A stretch of 64,000 nucleotides of DNA from Takakia lepidozioides (taxonomy: Eukaryota; Plantae; Bryophyta), in the NCBI GenBank assembly GCA_030704615.1, contig CM060733.1:24800001-24864000 (forward strand), in the 5' to 3' direction. The notes beneath the pieces are model-generated. The model was not told the origin of the DNA. It saw only the letters and a list, made by a program, of their open reading frames with translations, and did not search any database. The translations under genes and the position numbers were made by a program. Shown here piece after piece: positions 51,838 to 62,164 of the stretch; the stretch's first letter is position 1; each line of letters starts with the position of its first letter.

Positions 51838-54580
51838 ACTAGTGTGTTGGTAACCAGGGAATGATAGCCTCGGTGTTTTTATTTTTGGTGAAATTTTGCA
51901 CTTTTTCGACCTCAAAAAAACAAATCGAATATTCTGTCGTAAATTCCTTGTTTTCTCATAGATGAAATCACCAAAATTCTCCAAAACAAATATAAATCTT
52001 GGATGAATTTGCCTAATATGGATGATATACATGGATGAAAATACAGAGAAAAATGATGATTTTGTCCAAATTTCAGTGGATGAACATAAATATGGCTATT
52101 TAGGGCCAGCATCCTTATCCTCCCGCTTACATGATAATAACTTGCGGTCACAAAGCAACTCCAATGTAATTTCAAGAAAAATAAGCACATTAATAATTAA
52201 CATGAATGGAGTGACGTGTATCTTATAATGGTTGTAAAGATTACGTTACTGCAACAAAATGTTTGGAATTGAATAAAACTTGTCCGTTTTTGCCGTAGTG
52301 GAGTCGCGAGTCGATACCAAGTTTGATAACCACTTCATCACCAACTCAGCAACTAGAGCGCTTCTCATAACACAATATCATATATGTGACTCAAGCATCA
52401 ATGCTATCAACTTGCTCGTCATATGTAACATCATCCGTGCGGCCCCAACCAAACCCTAATGCTGAAGACTCGGTATAAAACTCCTAAACATAACAACAAA
52501 ATTTATTTTAGTATGAATTCATATTGAAGTGGACATAACAAATACATAAACTCACAAACATAATATAAATATGTATGCTTAAACCAATAAATTAAAACTA
52601 ACCTTCATCCGCTGAACGACATTTGTGGAATTAACGTTCTTGAAAACGCCATACACGTCAAACGACTTAAGAAGTCTCAGAGTGTTGTGAGTCATCCCAG
52701 TATCAACCATCAATGCCGCAATCCATATAGAGTCAAAACATTGTCGTATCTTTATCAATACACGCTCTGCCTCACGGTCACGAATAATAGGCCATACATC
52801 CCAAGTCGGACAATGTCGACAAGTGTCAAATGACGGTGCTATGTACTATGGCCAATGTATTGAATGACCCTAGAGATCTTACTATCGTGACACTCAGCCA
52901 TCGGTACACCAGTGACAACAGATGTCAGCCTTAGGTCATGCCCCACCAGTACTGCCACATGCGACGGTCATATGCACCACAACCCGCCTCCAAATCACGT
53001 ACGGACAATCTTTGCGAGAGCTCGGCACCGAAGTAACAAACCGTGTGGCGTATGAATGTGGGCTAATAGGGACACGTATTGGTGCACGCATGTCAACATG
53101 ACCTGACTGTATAATATGAGCAATATCCACATTGACATCACCAGTCATAGAGACTGTACTATGAGCTGAAGTCATGTCGGGTATATCACTATGACCATGA
53201 ATGACTAGCTCAATACTCTCTAATGGCGCACCAAACTCATCATCAGTAAGAGGGGGTTGGACATTTGGGTCAGGAACGGGATCCATATTCTCACGATGAG
53301 GAACCTCATCATCATTATCATCAATAATAATGCGACTTGGAATGGAGGCTCCAAAGGTATAATTAAAGGACCAGCGATATCTTGATGCAACTCTCATACG
53401 ACTGTCTGACATACCGGTCGACTACCAGATCCACTGAAATGTAATTGTCATGTCCATGGGGTGGCTAGGTTGGAACAATGTCAGGGGCTCGACGACGTGG
53501 AGGCCTTGATGGAGGTCTACGATCTGGCTCAAAACCGAGGGGCAAACCGAAAGAGTCGCCTTCCATACTTTATTTTACGGTAACAATCATGTGGAGTCCA
53601 TCACAATTTTACATATTGACCCGCCAACACACAACAACAAACAAACATAAATCTTATATATATCAAAATAGTAGGATAGTCAAAATTTTAAATATTACAT
53701 GATTAGGTATTATATTCTTATTCAATATGCGGGTCAGTTATAATATCTAATTGAATCCTTCATATATATTTTAATCTAGTGATGTGAGTCTAACTAGTAA
53801 TAGACTCTATAGAGTCAATACAAATTTCACATTGTGTATTAGAGATGGACCATCATTATTACTACCGTCCAAAACCATACATACAATTTGGTTGTCAGTA
53901 TGTCATAATATTTTAATCCACCACCTACTGAATAAGCATTGCTATGACAGTCCCATGTAATCAGTGACTCCGTCGGATAGAGCCCGCCACTGAAAGGAGG
54001 CAGTACCCGCAAGGGGAAGAGGTTCTTATTTACGGTAGCTTCAGTTGGCGTTATATATATATACATGACTCCGTTTGTTCTAATGCAACTTGCATAAATA
54101 ATATTCTTTCATGTTTAAACTAGTGTTGGACTGGCATATCACTTTGCGTCTAGGTAGTAGGTACGAGTAAGGGTATTGTAGAACATACCAGTTGGATATG
54201 TCTTGGGGGCTTATATCCCGGCTATACCCTGGACCCTCGGGTTTTGAACATTGGACCTACTCCCTACCTACCATACCAAACTAAATATGAACTACTTTCA
54301 TACTCGGCTTGAGATCCGTATTGAGGATTGATGATCCCAAGCTAGCATGGGTATGTGTAATGATACAATTTTTTTTGTGCTTATCCTCATTCACATTTGT
54401 GTATTAATGTAAAAAATAGCACTATATCTTTGCAAATTTTATTCAAAAAAAATAAAGAAATCATTCTCTACATATCGTATCTTTACACATATATAATATA
54501 TACTCTTAATATGTTCATACCATACATTTGCACATGTAGACCTAGTATCTCCATTTAAAATTTAATTTATTCATGCCTAG
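51838..54580. mobile_element. AT-rich, probably transposon-derived segment with decayed minus-strand coding pieces
   Basis: Sharp compositional change from the genic DNA. ORF 52936..53412 plus interrupted frames at 52260-52840. tagtgttgga at 54121 with ataccct/agggta motifs. Class not identified. Confidence 0.3.
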
Positions 54581-55190
54581 TGTCACGGACATAGCCCAGA
54601 GGAACTTACCAGGAGTAAATATCAGAAGTTACCAAGTTACCATGTTACCAAAAGTTACCATGACTTACCCTGATTTACCATGATCTACCATGATTTACCA
54701 TTACTTACCAAGTTACCAGGAGTTTACCAAATTTTTAAGAGTAACTTAGGAAACTACTCAGAAAGCTTCATTTGAAGGAAACTTCTCCATCAAGATACCT
54801 CATTTGTTTAAGGAAGTTTCTCCATCAAGAAACCTTTGTTTAATCTTGGAAACTTCTCCAGCAAGCAACCTCCATAGGGGAAGCTTCTTAGGGAAGCTTC
54901 TTAGTAGCCAGTATATATAGGAGGCGAGACTGGACAGTCTTCAGTCTCGCCAACGCCAGTTCAAGCTACTCTTGTTTCCAGTTCCCAGTACTCCAGTCCA
55001 GTTCCCAGTACCCTAGCCTAGTTTCCAGTATCTGGTACTCTAGTCGAGTTTCCAGCATTCCAGTATTCAAGTCGTGTTCTAATATCTTGTACTCTTGTTC
55101 ATTGTTATAAAGATCGTCTTGATTCCTATTTACTCATCGTACATTCGGCCACGCCGACCTTTGTGTTCAGTCATGTTCTCGTCCTTGACA
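54581..55190 (+). mobile_element. 5' LTR (610 bp) of a Tcn1/sushi-type Ty3/Gypsy element
   Basis: TGTCACGGAC...GTCCTTGACA termini (9/10 inverted match). TATA at 54912-54919. Internal tandem arrays: ttacca ~10-mers at 54605-54730, ggaaacttctccatcaag at 54777-54870, ccagta/ccagtt at 54955-55070. Directly followed by gag. Confidence 0.88.
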
Positions 55191-55228
55191 GTTTGGCGAG
55201 ACTGCAGTTTGTTCTTTAGTTAGTTAAG

Positions 55229-56130
55229 ATGGAAGGCACATTTGCGGAAATGGTCACCACATTGCAGAGTCTTCAGCTCCAGATGCAAAAACTTCGTGTC
55301 TCTACTGCCCAACTACAAGCTAATCAGTCTCAAGACCTTGGCAATGCTCTCAACAATTTGCAACAACAAATTTCAGAGTTGAAGGAGTCGAACAATAGAT
55401 CTTCAACCTTACGAGTCCCTACTACAACAAATCATACTGCAACGGTTCATCCAAATCTTCAACAGATTATAAGGGAACCAAAGGTCAGCATGCCCGAGAA
55501 ATTTGATGGGACGAGATCAAGATTTCGCGGTTTTGTTCAGCAAGTACGATTGTTCCTACGACTACATCCACAACGCTACTCTGATAAAGATATTCAAGTG
55601 GGATTTGTGGGCACCTTTCTATCAGACACTGCCCTATCTTGGTTTGCACCGCTATTAGAGAAAAATTCGCATTTACTATACAATTTTGAAGCGTTCATGT
55701 CCGAGTTCACTGCAACGTTTGGAGAGAATGATAGAGAGAGAAATGTAGAGACAAATATGCGAAATCTTCGACAAGGAGCACGTCCAGCTTCCGTTTATGC
55801 TACCGAATTTCGACAACTTGCGTGCGACCTTGACTGGAATGAGAAGAGCCTCATTAGTCAGTTTCGATGTGGCCTAAAAGATGATGTTAAAGATTTGTTG
55901 TTGACAATGCCAAACGTGAGTACACTGAGCGAATTCATCACCCAAGTCATTGCATGCGATAATCGTTTGTTCGAAAGACGTCAAGAGAAGCGATCCGGAT
56001 GGTCGACGACGCACCATGTCGCTGCTACTACGGCACCAAATACAACGATCCATCAGACATCCGGTAATGATCATATGCATCTGATGCTGTCCGATTCAAG
56101 CCATTGACGCCACATGAAAAACAAAGACGG
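55229..56130 (+). CDS. gag: Retrotransposon Gag (PEG10/sushi/Tcn1-like), truncated
   Basis: PEKFDGTRSRFRGF, LSDTALSWF, LRQGARPASVYATEFRQLA and LDWNEKSLISQFRCGL. After a frameshift it continues DAVRFKPLTPHEKQRR and is cut off at ~56130, before the zinc knuckle. Confidence 0.9.
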
Positions 56131-56217
56131 CTGTCGTGCACCTAAGCATCATGCCACAACATACATCGCTGTCCACCACACAATCTAAGCACACAATCCT
56201 AGAAAGCTATACCACAA

Positions 56218-56725
56218 TGATAAGAGATGAGAAATGAGAGAAGTAGAAGACAATGAAAGCTCTCAAAGCATGAAGCAATCACATGAAGAACAAGCCCTAG
56301 TCCTTCCAAGTGAAATCCACTCTATCACATAAACTAAGTCAAGCCAAGGGCACCTTTGCTAAATGAATCCACCCTACAAAGCCCTCAACACACTCCCTCT
56401 CAATACCTAGAGCTATGGAGGTGAGAGAAGCTCATGGAGGCTCAACTACAAGAAGATGAGCCTCCTCAACACTCACAAGGGGAAAACCTATCTCCATGTC
56501 TCAAGTGAGGCTCGACACCTCACTTGGCATGTGAGACCAAATGAAGTCCCAACACACAAAATATAAATATAAATATCTAAAATGTCCTAGTTAACTAGAA
56601 GTAGGTAATTCTAGATAACCACGACTAAAACCATGACAGCTGTCATGCACCTAAGCATCGTGCCACAACATACATCGATGTCCACCACACAATCTAAGCA
56701 CACAATCCTAGAAAGCTATACCACA
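56218..56725 (-). repeat. 3' LTR (508 bp) of the DNMT-carrying element
   Basis: Minus strand TGTGGTAT...CTTATCA, immediately preceded by a purine-rich tract (TTGGGGGGCGAT; plus strand 56726-56737). Confidence 0.8.
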
Positions 56726-56982
56726 ATCGCCCCCCAAGCTGGTGGTTAGGTCCCTCTAACTCCAGATAGCTACAAGATGTAATAGCCACAGCCGTACTAA
56801 GTCCTCTATCACTGTCCCTATTGTACTCAAACTCTATAGACCAAGAGGCCGGGTACAAGAGCAACCCCATCGTTAGTTGCCGTCTTGCAATCTGTGAACT
56901 TGAGTCAGGATCTCGTGTGTTGGTCTCCTAGTAGCTTGGCCTTGCATTTCTTGTTAGCATTCCATGGTTGTATCCACTCCCA

Positions 56983-57130
56983 CTATCCAATGCAATACGG
57001 ACATAACCAATCCCCATCAGGAACCATCTCAAGAGGTGGAGTCAAGCATCCCATATGCCAACCTCTAGAGCATCGATCACACACCAGCATGGTGGCTGCC
57101 CCTCTAGCAGACCCACTCAACATGCATTTC
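56983..57130 (-). CDS. PHD finger at the integrase C-terminus
   Basis: CMLS...MLVCDRCSRGWHMGCLTPPLEMVPDGDWLCPYC fits C4HC3 with the second Cys replaced by Ser. In frame with the integrase across one TGA at 57220. Confidence 0.9.
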
Positions 57131-57219
57131 AAACTTGCAGATACCACTGCCAGGTTTGGGTCAATCCTGCCATTGACATTCGGAAGGTGACATGGCACAC
57201 AATTATGCACATGGTCCTT

Positions 57220-58294
57220 TCAAATTATGCCATCCCAACCCTCCAAGACCAAGACGCCTGAGGGCAAAACCTCTCGAACCCTCAAAATAACACGTCCTGC
57301 AGTCACATCCAATGTCGTAGGAGCAGTCTGCTGCAGATAGACATAGTCACCAGGGTTGAATCTCCGAACCCCAGGACGATAGCCCCCACCACGTATGGTA
57401 GCATACCTCAACGTATCACGATGTTGTGCAATGGCAAGGTTCTCGAAAGCCATGGGCATGACTTTCTTGAACAACTCTGCACGCTGCTCACATGCACGTG
57501 CCCACACGTCCGGATCGTCAAGGTTAAGAACTGTAGTAGCTTCTCTGCGAATGGATGTAGGCAAATCCGGCTCTCGGCCAAAGAGAAGAAAGTATGGTGA
57601 GAAGGAGGCAAGTGATGCTTGCTTGCTGAATCTATAGCCCATGGCTAACCAGGGTAACTGAAAGTCCCAATCTCCTAGGTGTCCCTTCTGCAAGCCATAC
57701 TTGCGCAAACCCCTCTTTACTGTCTGAACAACTCTCTCTGTCAAGCCATCGGCCTCAGGATGATCCCGAAGAAGTGGTGCGGTGGTCTATCAAGGCCTTG
57801 TCATACAAAGCCTGAAACTCCCCCAAGAACTCTCTCCCTTGGTCCGTGAGTACCTCAGCTGGAGCACCGAATCGGCTAAGCACACAATCCAAGAATACAT
57901 ACGCAGCTCCCTCACTAGCCTTATCAGGCAATGGAACCAACTCAATCCACTTGGAGAAGTGCTCCACCATCACCAACACGTACTTGTTGTGGCGCATGGT
58001 CAGTGGCAACGGCCCTGCGAAGTCAAGACTCCACCTGTAGCCCAATCCCATGATCGGAAGAGGGTGCAATTGTGGAGTAGGGGCGTTGAATGAAGCACGC
58101 ACCCTGTCACACACCATGCACCTAGCCACAAATTGTTGCACCTCTGTGTGCATACCACGCCACCAATACTGCCCCTGCAGTAGACTATGAGTGCGTCGCA
58201 TCCCAAAATGCCCCAACTCCTCATGGGCATGCCGTACTAACCGTGCCCGCTGTGTCGGGTGAGGCACAATCCTCACTCGACCATCCTCCCACAC
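57220..58294 (-). CDS. Integrase (HHCC + DDE core + C-terminal module), frameshifted
   Basis: HEELGHFG..CMVC, WSLDF, VLTDQG, (frameshift) DHPEADGLTER, SPYFLLFGREP and RFNPGDYVYL. Confidence 0.95.
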
Positions 58295-58548
58295 TCGGAG
58301 CAGGTGTGTCCCCTCTACTTGAACCTCTTGGCTCGTTGTAGGATCCGATCCCTCTCATTGGCAGTCATAGTGGCTGCAGTGTCTCCAGTGCGGAGGTAGT
58401 CCAACACAACTGAATCCTCATGTATATCTTTGGCGCCACCTTGCTCATTGCTGGCCTCAGGGTCCTCAGACACTTGATCTACAGTCATCCCTGTTGCAGG
58501 TCCAACCTGGCCTTCCGCTGCCAAGATACACAGAAATGCAGATGCATG

Positions 58549-59952
58549 TCATCCGGGCACCATCTCCTCGTCCGTCTCACCATGCCACCAAGCTCCAGTG
58601 TCATCCTGCTGGCTCGTGCATGGATTGCATCTCAACCCATCTGCATTGCGATTGACCAAACCCGGTCGATGCACCACCTGAAAGTCATACTCTTGAAGGA
58701 TGAGTACCCACCGTGCAAGCTTCCCCATAAGCTTATCTGACTCCATCAACCACTTGAGTGGTTGGTGATCCGTGACAAGGGTGAAGAGATTGTCGTATAG
58801 ATAGCACCTGAAGTGTGCCACGGCCCACACTGCAGCTAAGCATTCTCCCTCATATGAGCTATACTTAGACTCTGCAACGTTGTTTGATCGGCTAGCATAA
58901 GTCACTACGAACTCTCTTCCCTCATCATCCACCTGTGTGAGCACCGCTCCAAACCCCAGCATGCTCCAATCTGTATGCAGCTGAAAAGGACGCCCCCTGA
59001 TAGGTCGTCTCAAGATGTGCGCCGAGGTCAACCTCGCCTTGAGCTCTTGAAAAGCTTGTTCTTGCTCATCTTCCCACTGCCACTCCTGGTCCATCTTGGT
59101 CAGCTTGGTTAGAGCCTTTGCAATGGCACTAAATCCCTTAACAAACTGTCTATAATAGTTTGCTAACCCCATGAAAGCTCGAACTCGGCTCACATCCGTG
59201 GGGCGTGGAACCTGTGCAATGGACTCTACCTTGGTCTGCTGTACCCCCAATCCTCCAGGATATATCATGTGACCCAGATACTCAATCTGGTTGTGGAAAA
59301 ACTTGCACTTTCCCGGATGTAACTTCAATCCGTGCGCCCTCAAGCACTCAAATACCCCCTGAAGGTGTCTCTCATGCTCTTCCACCGCAGCACTAAAGAT
59401 GATGATGTCATCTATGTAGCACCAAGCAAACTCCACCCCTGCTAGAATCCTGTCCATGACTCTCTGAAACTCTATCGGAGCGTTATTAAGCCCAAATGGT
59501 AAGAACCGCCACTGGTATAGGCAATCCTTCCCGTGCTCATTGATCCCCCAGAATGCCGTCTTTTGCTTATCCGCCTCCTTGATCGGCAACTGGTGATATC
59601 CGGATCGTAAATCCAACGTGCTAAAGACCTTGGCATGCCCAATGGCATCAAAGATCTCCTCTGGTGTTGGCATGGCATACCTATCGGTCTGACGATTTAC
59701 AGGCTGGTAATCACCGCACATACGTCTCTCCGTCCAATTGCCAAAGACATCATTCTTGGCTGGCATCACTGTGGCTGAAGCATACTCTCCCCCAGATAGC
59801 TCCACCAAACCAGCCTCCCAAAGGTCCTGAGTTCTCATCTGAATCAAGGACCTCTCCATGTCACTGTATTTATAGGGTCTCCAAAAGATTGGCGTGTCAG
59901 TAGCCAATTCAATGCGAATCTCTTGACCTTTCAGTGCTCCTAAGTCCTTCAA
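58549..59952 (-). CDS. Reverse transcriptase + RNase H
   Basis: RMCGDY, FSTLDLRSGYHQ, LPFGLNNAP, YIDD, YLGH; RNase H LHTDWS, EGECLA, VTDHQPL, NADGL. Confidence 0.97.
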   Translation of the reverse strand: MKDLGALKGQEIRIELATDTPIFWRPYKYSDMERSLIQMRTQDLWEAGLVELSGGEYASATVMPAKNDVFGNWTERRMCGDYQPVNRQTDRYAMPTPEEIFDAIGHAKVFSTLDLRSGYHQLPIKEADKQKTAFWGINEHGKDCLYQWRFLPFGLNNAPIEFQRVMDRILAGVEFAWCYIDDIIIFSAAVEEHERHLQGVFECLRAHGLKLHPGKCKFFHNQIEYLGHMIYPGGLGVQQTKVESIAQVPRPTDVSRVRAFMGLANYYRQFVKGFSAIAKALTKLTKMDQEWQWEDEQEQAFQELKARLTSAHILRRPIRGRPFQLHTDWSMLGFGAVLTQVDDEGREFVVTYASRSNNVAESKYSSYEGECLAAVWAVAHFRCYLYDNLFTLVTDHQPLKWLMESDKLMGKLARWVLILQEYDFQVVHRPGLVNRNADGLRCNPCTSQQDDTGAWWHGETDEEMVPG

Positions 59953-60419
59953 ACTGAAGGCAAAGCAATTCCTGTAAGCCCTTAGGAACCACCGTATACG
60001 TCGTCTCTCTCCTCCGGTGACAATGGGTCCAATGTCAGGCTCCCAATTGTCCTCCGTAACTGCAACCTTAAGTCCAATGGGCTTAGAGGTAGAGGACGCG
60101 TCCCGTGGTTGCTATGCCGCAACCTCTTGAGCAGTACTCCCTGCCTGCTCAGTCAATGACAAGGCCTCATCCTGCCCCATCATCTCATCCTTGAGGACCT
60201 CATCAACCCGAGAAGAATCCCCAACCTCATCCATCACAGCTGCCTTGGCTGCCAACTCCTTCTGAACCTCGAGCACCTCCCATGTGTGCCATGGATGCGG
60301 CCTGCACCTCGTGGTCCTCACCTGCTCGCCCCCACTCGCTGCATGTACTGTCTCGGTAGGCAGGGAGACCATGAAGGGAAGTGTACTCCGTACTTTGCGC
60401 TGCTCGGCCATAGCCAAGC

Positions 60420-61365
60420 TGATAATCCAGGTCAAGCAATTGAGATCCATTGCTTGTCCCAACACCTGACGACGTGATGCCTCAGAAAGAGATAGCACCG
60501 CCGTGGTACCAGTAGTAAAACCCATCGCCCGCTCACGCTCGTCAGCATTGGGCTCCACTAATTGTTGCAACTGGCTATCCCACAAGAGGCCAGGTCCACC
60601 ATCCCGAAAAGCATGGGATCCTGGGAAGCTGAGCAGTGTAGATAATGCTGCTCATGGTTGACCCACCCTGTTGACCACTGCCAAAGGCGAACGGTCATCG
60701 TGTCTCACACGTTGAGACTGCCTCCCTGTGTCCAAAATGCTATCCACTGTGAGGTGTGCTGGCCGCTGCACCCCATCAAATGCACGCTTGAGCAGTGCGG
60801 GTGGCATCAAGTTAGTCCACCATAGCCGTGGACGATGAGCCCATGACCCCACTGCAGCTGCATCCAACAACACTGCTGACCCAAGCCACGACCGGACTTG
60901 ATACCCACTGGCCATCAACCTGGCCCGAGAATCACCCATCAGTGGCACATTCTCCAAGATGTATGCTGGAGATACAGCTTGGTGAAGTTGCAAGTGGCGC
61001 AAAATCCACACCATCTCCCAAAACAGACCCGTCCTCGAGTCTCGCAATCCATTGTCATGCCCGGCTGATGAATGCCCTTGGCAGGGCCAACCTGCCACTA
61101 CCAGATCAATGGAGCCAACCCGCTCCAAATCCTGCGCCCCCAACAACGAAATGTCTGCTGGCAAGGCTTGTTGGTATCCACGAACTGCAGACACTGGCAA
61201 CAAATCAGGGTACTGCTGTACCAACTAAGCAACATGGCGCAGTGAGACGCGTCGTGCAGTCTCATCTCTCTCCACATACAGGTAACGTCGAACTCGTACA
61301 CCTGCCTGCAGTACTGCAGCCAATCCAGTGCTGATCCCGCCAAACAAGTCCAGAAGACATATGCC
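60420..61365 (-). CDS. C5 cytosine DNA methyltransferase domain (DNMT3-like) embedded in pol; two in-frame stops
   Basis: Motif I LDLFGGISTG, II YVERD, III ADI, IV DLVVAGWPCQ (catalytic Cys), V RTGLFWEM, VI ILENV, VII/VIII LDAAAVGSWAHRPRLWWTNL, IX ERERAMGF and X RRQVLGQAM. ORFs 61225..61869, 60652..61224, 60112..60585 and the RT ORF all share one reading frame. Confidence 0.92.
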
Positions 61366-61779
61366 TTCATCCGGGCACTGCCACACAAGAGGTGTGGTGT
61401 CCAATGGCGACAACTGAGGTGGTCCTGGTGCAATCACCGCACTCTCCTCTTCTCCTGATGGTACGAAGGCCTCTACCCAGGCTTGTTGTACCCGTCCATC
61501 AGCAGTCTGCTGCAAATCCTTGCTCGTACCCCATAATGGAGTGTGAGCAACCATGGCAGGCAACTCCGCCGTACCATGCATGTCATCCTGCTCTGCTGGA
61601 GGTGGCACATCCTCTGCATGGGCATTGCCTTCCAGCAACTCTCTAGGCCAACTAATTGCAGCTGTAAAGGCGGCTAGTGTTGGCATCTTGCCCCGCTGGG
61701 CAGCCACAATACCCCCAATGAATGTCACAGGGAGCTGTGCACGACGACCATCCCCTGACTGCCATCCAGGCCTGTAGGA

Positions 61780-62030
61780 TGCTGACTCCTCCCAAAAGTA
61801 CAGGGTGAAGCCCATGGGATATAAAACTGCCCCACCAACAAGGACATCGTAAGAGACCGCATCTGTCACACCGTGTCATGCCCCGAGCCTGCTCTGATCC
61901 TCCCAGAGATGTCTATATCTGGAAAGGACAAGGCTCCATATCCGCCTCCATGAGGCCCAAACTTGCAATAGCAGCTCTGCCCAACATCAGTGGCTGAGCT
62001 CATGAGTCCAACAAGACCCGCAGTGGCCAG
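61780..62030 (-). CDS. Aspartic protease remnant
   Basis: RVLLDS*AQPLMLG (D-S-G with the Gly codon now TGA at 62000-62002), then after a frameshift/deletion YDVLVGGAVL. Confidence 0.75.
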
Positions 62031-62164
62031 TACTTCTTGCATGCCGGTCCACTCAAACAGAAAATGCCTCCCTGGTTGTCTAACAAGACAACTCCAGGTG
62101 TCACCATGGCGCGCTCAAAGGCTGGCCTAGCTGGCAGCTCCGTCAACCTGGCAGCTGCAGCTTG

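Noticed and set aside
54605-55070. Short repeat arrays as CRISPR or telomeric repeats
   Set aside because: No unique spacers, degenerate units, not TTTAGGG; they lie inside an LTR.
56132-56638. Alternative LTR definition TGTCGTG...CATGACA
   Set aside because: It has TG..CA ends, but the purine tract abuts 56725, which favours 56218-56725 as the true LTR.
60420-61365. Methyltransferase as bacterial restriction-modification contamination or a host DNMT3/DRM gene
   Set aside because: It is intronless, in frame within a Gypsy pol between protease and RT, has no cognate endonuclease, and lacks the DRM motif permutation.
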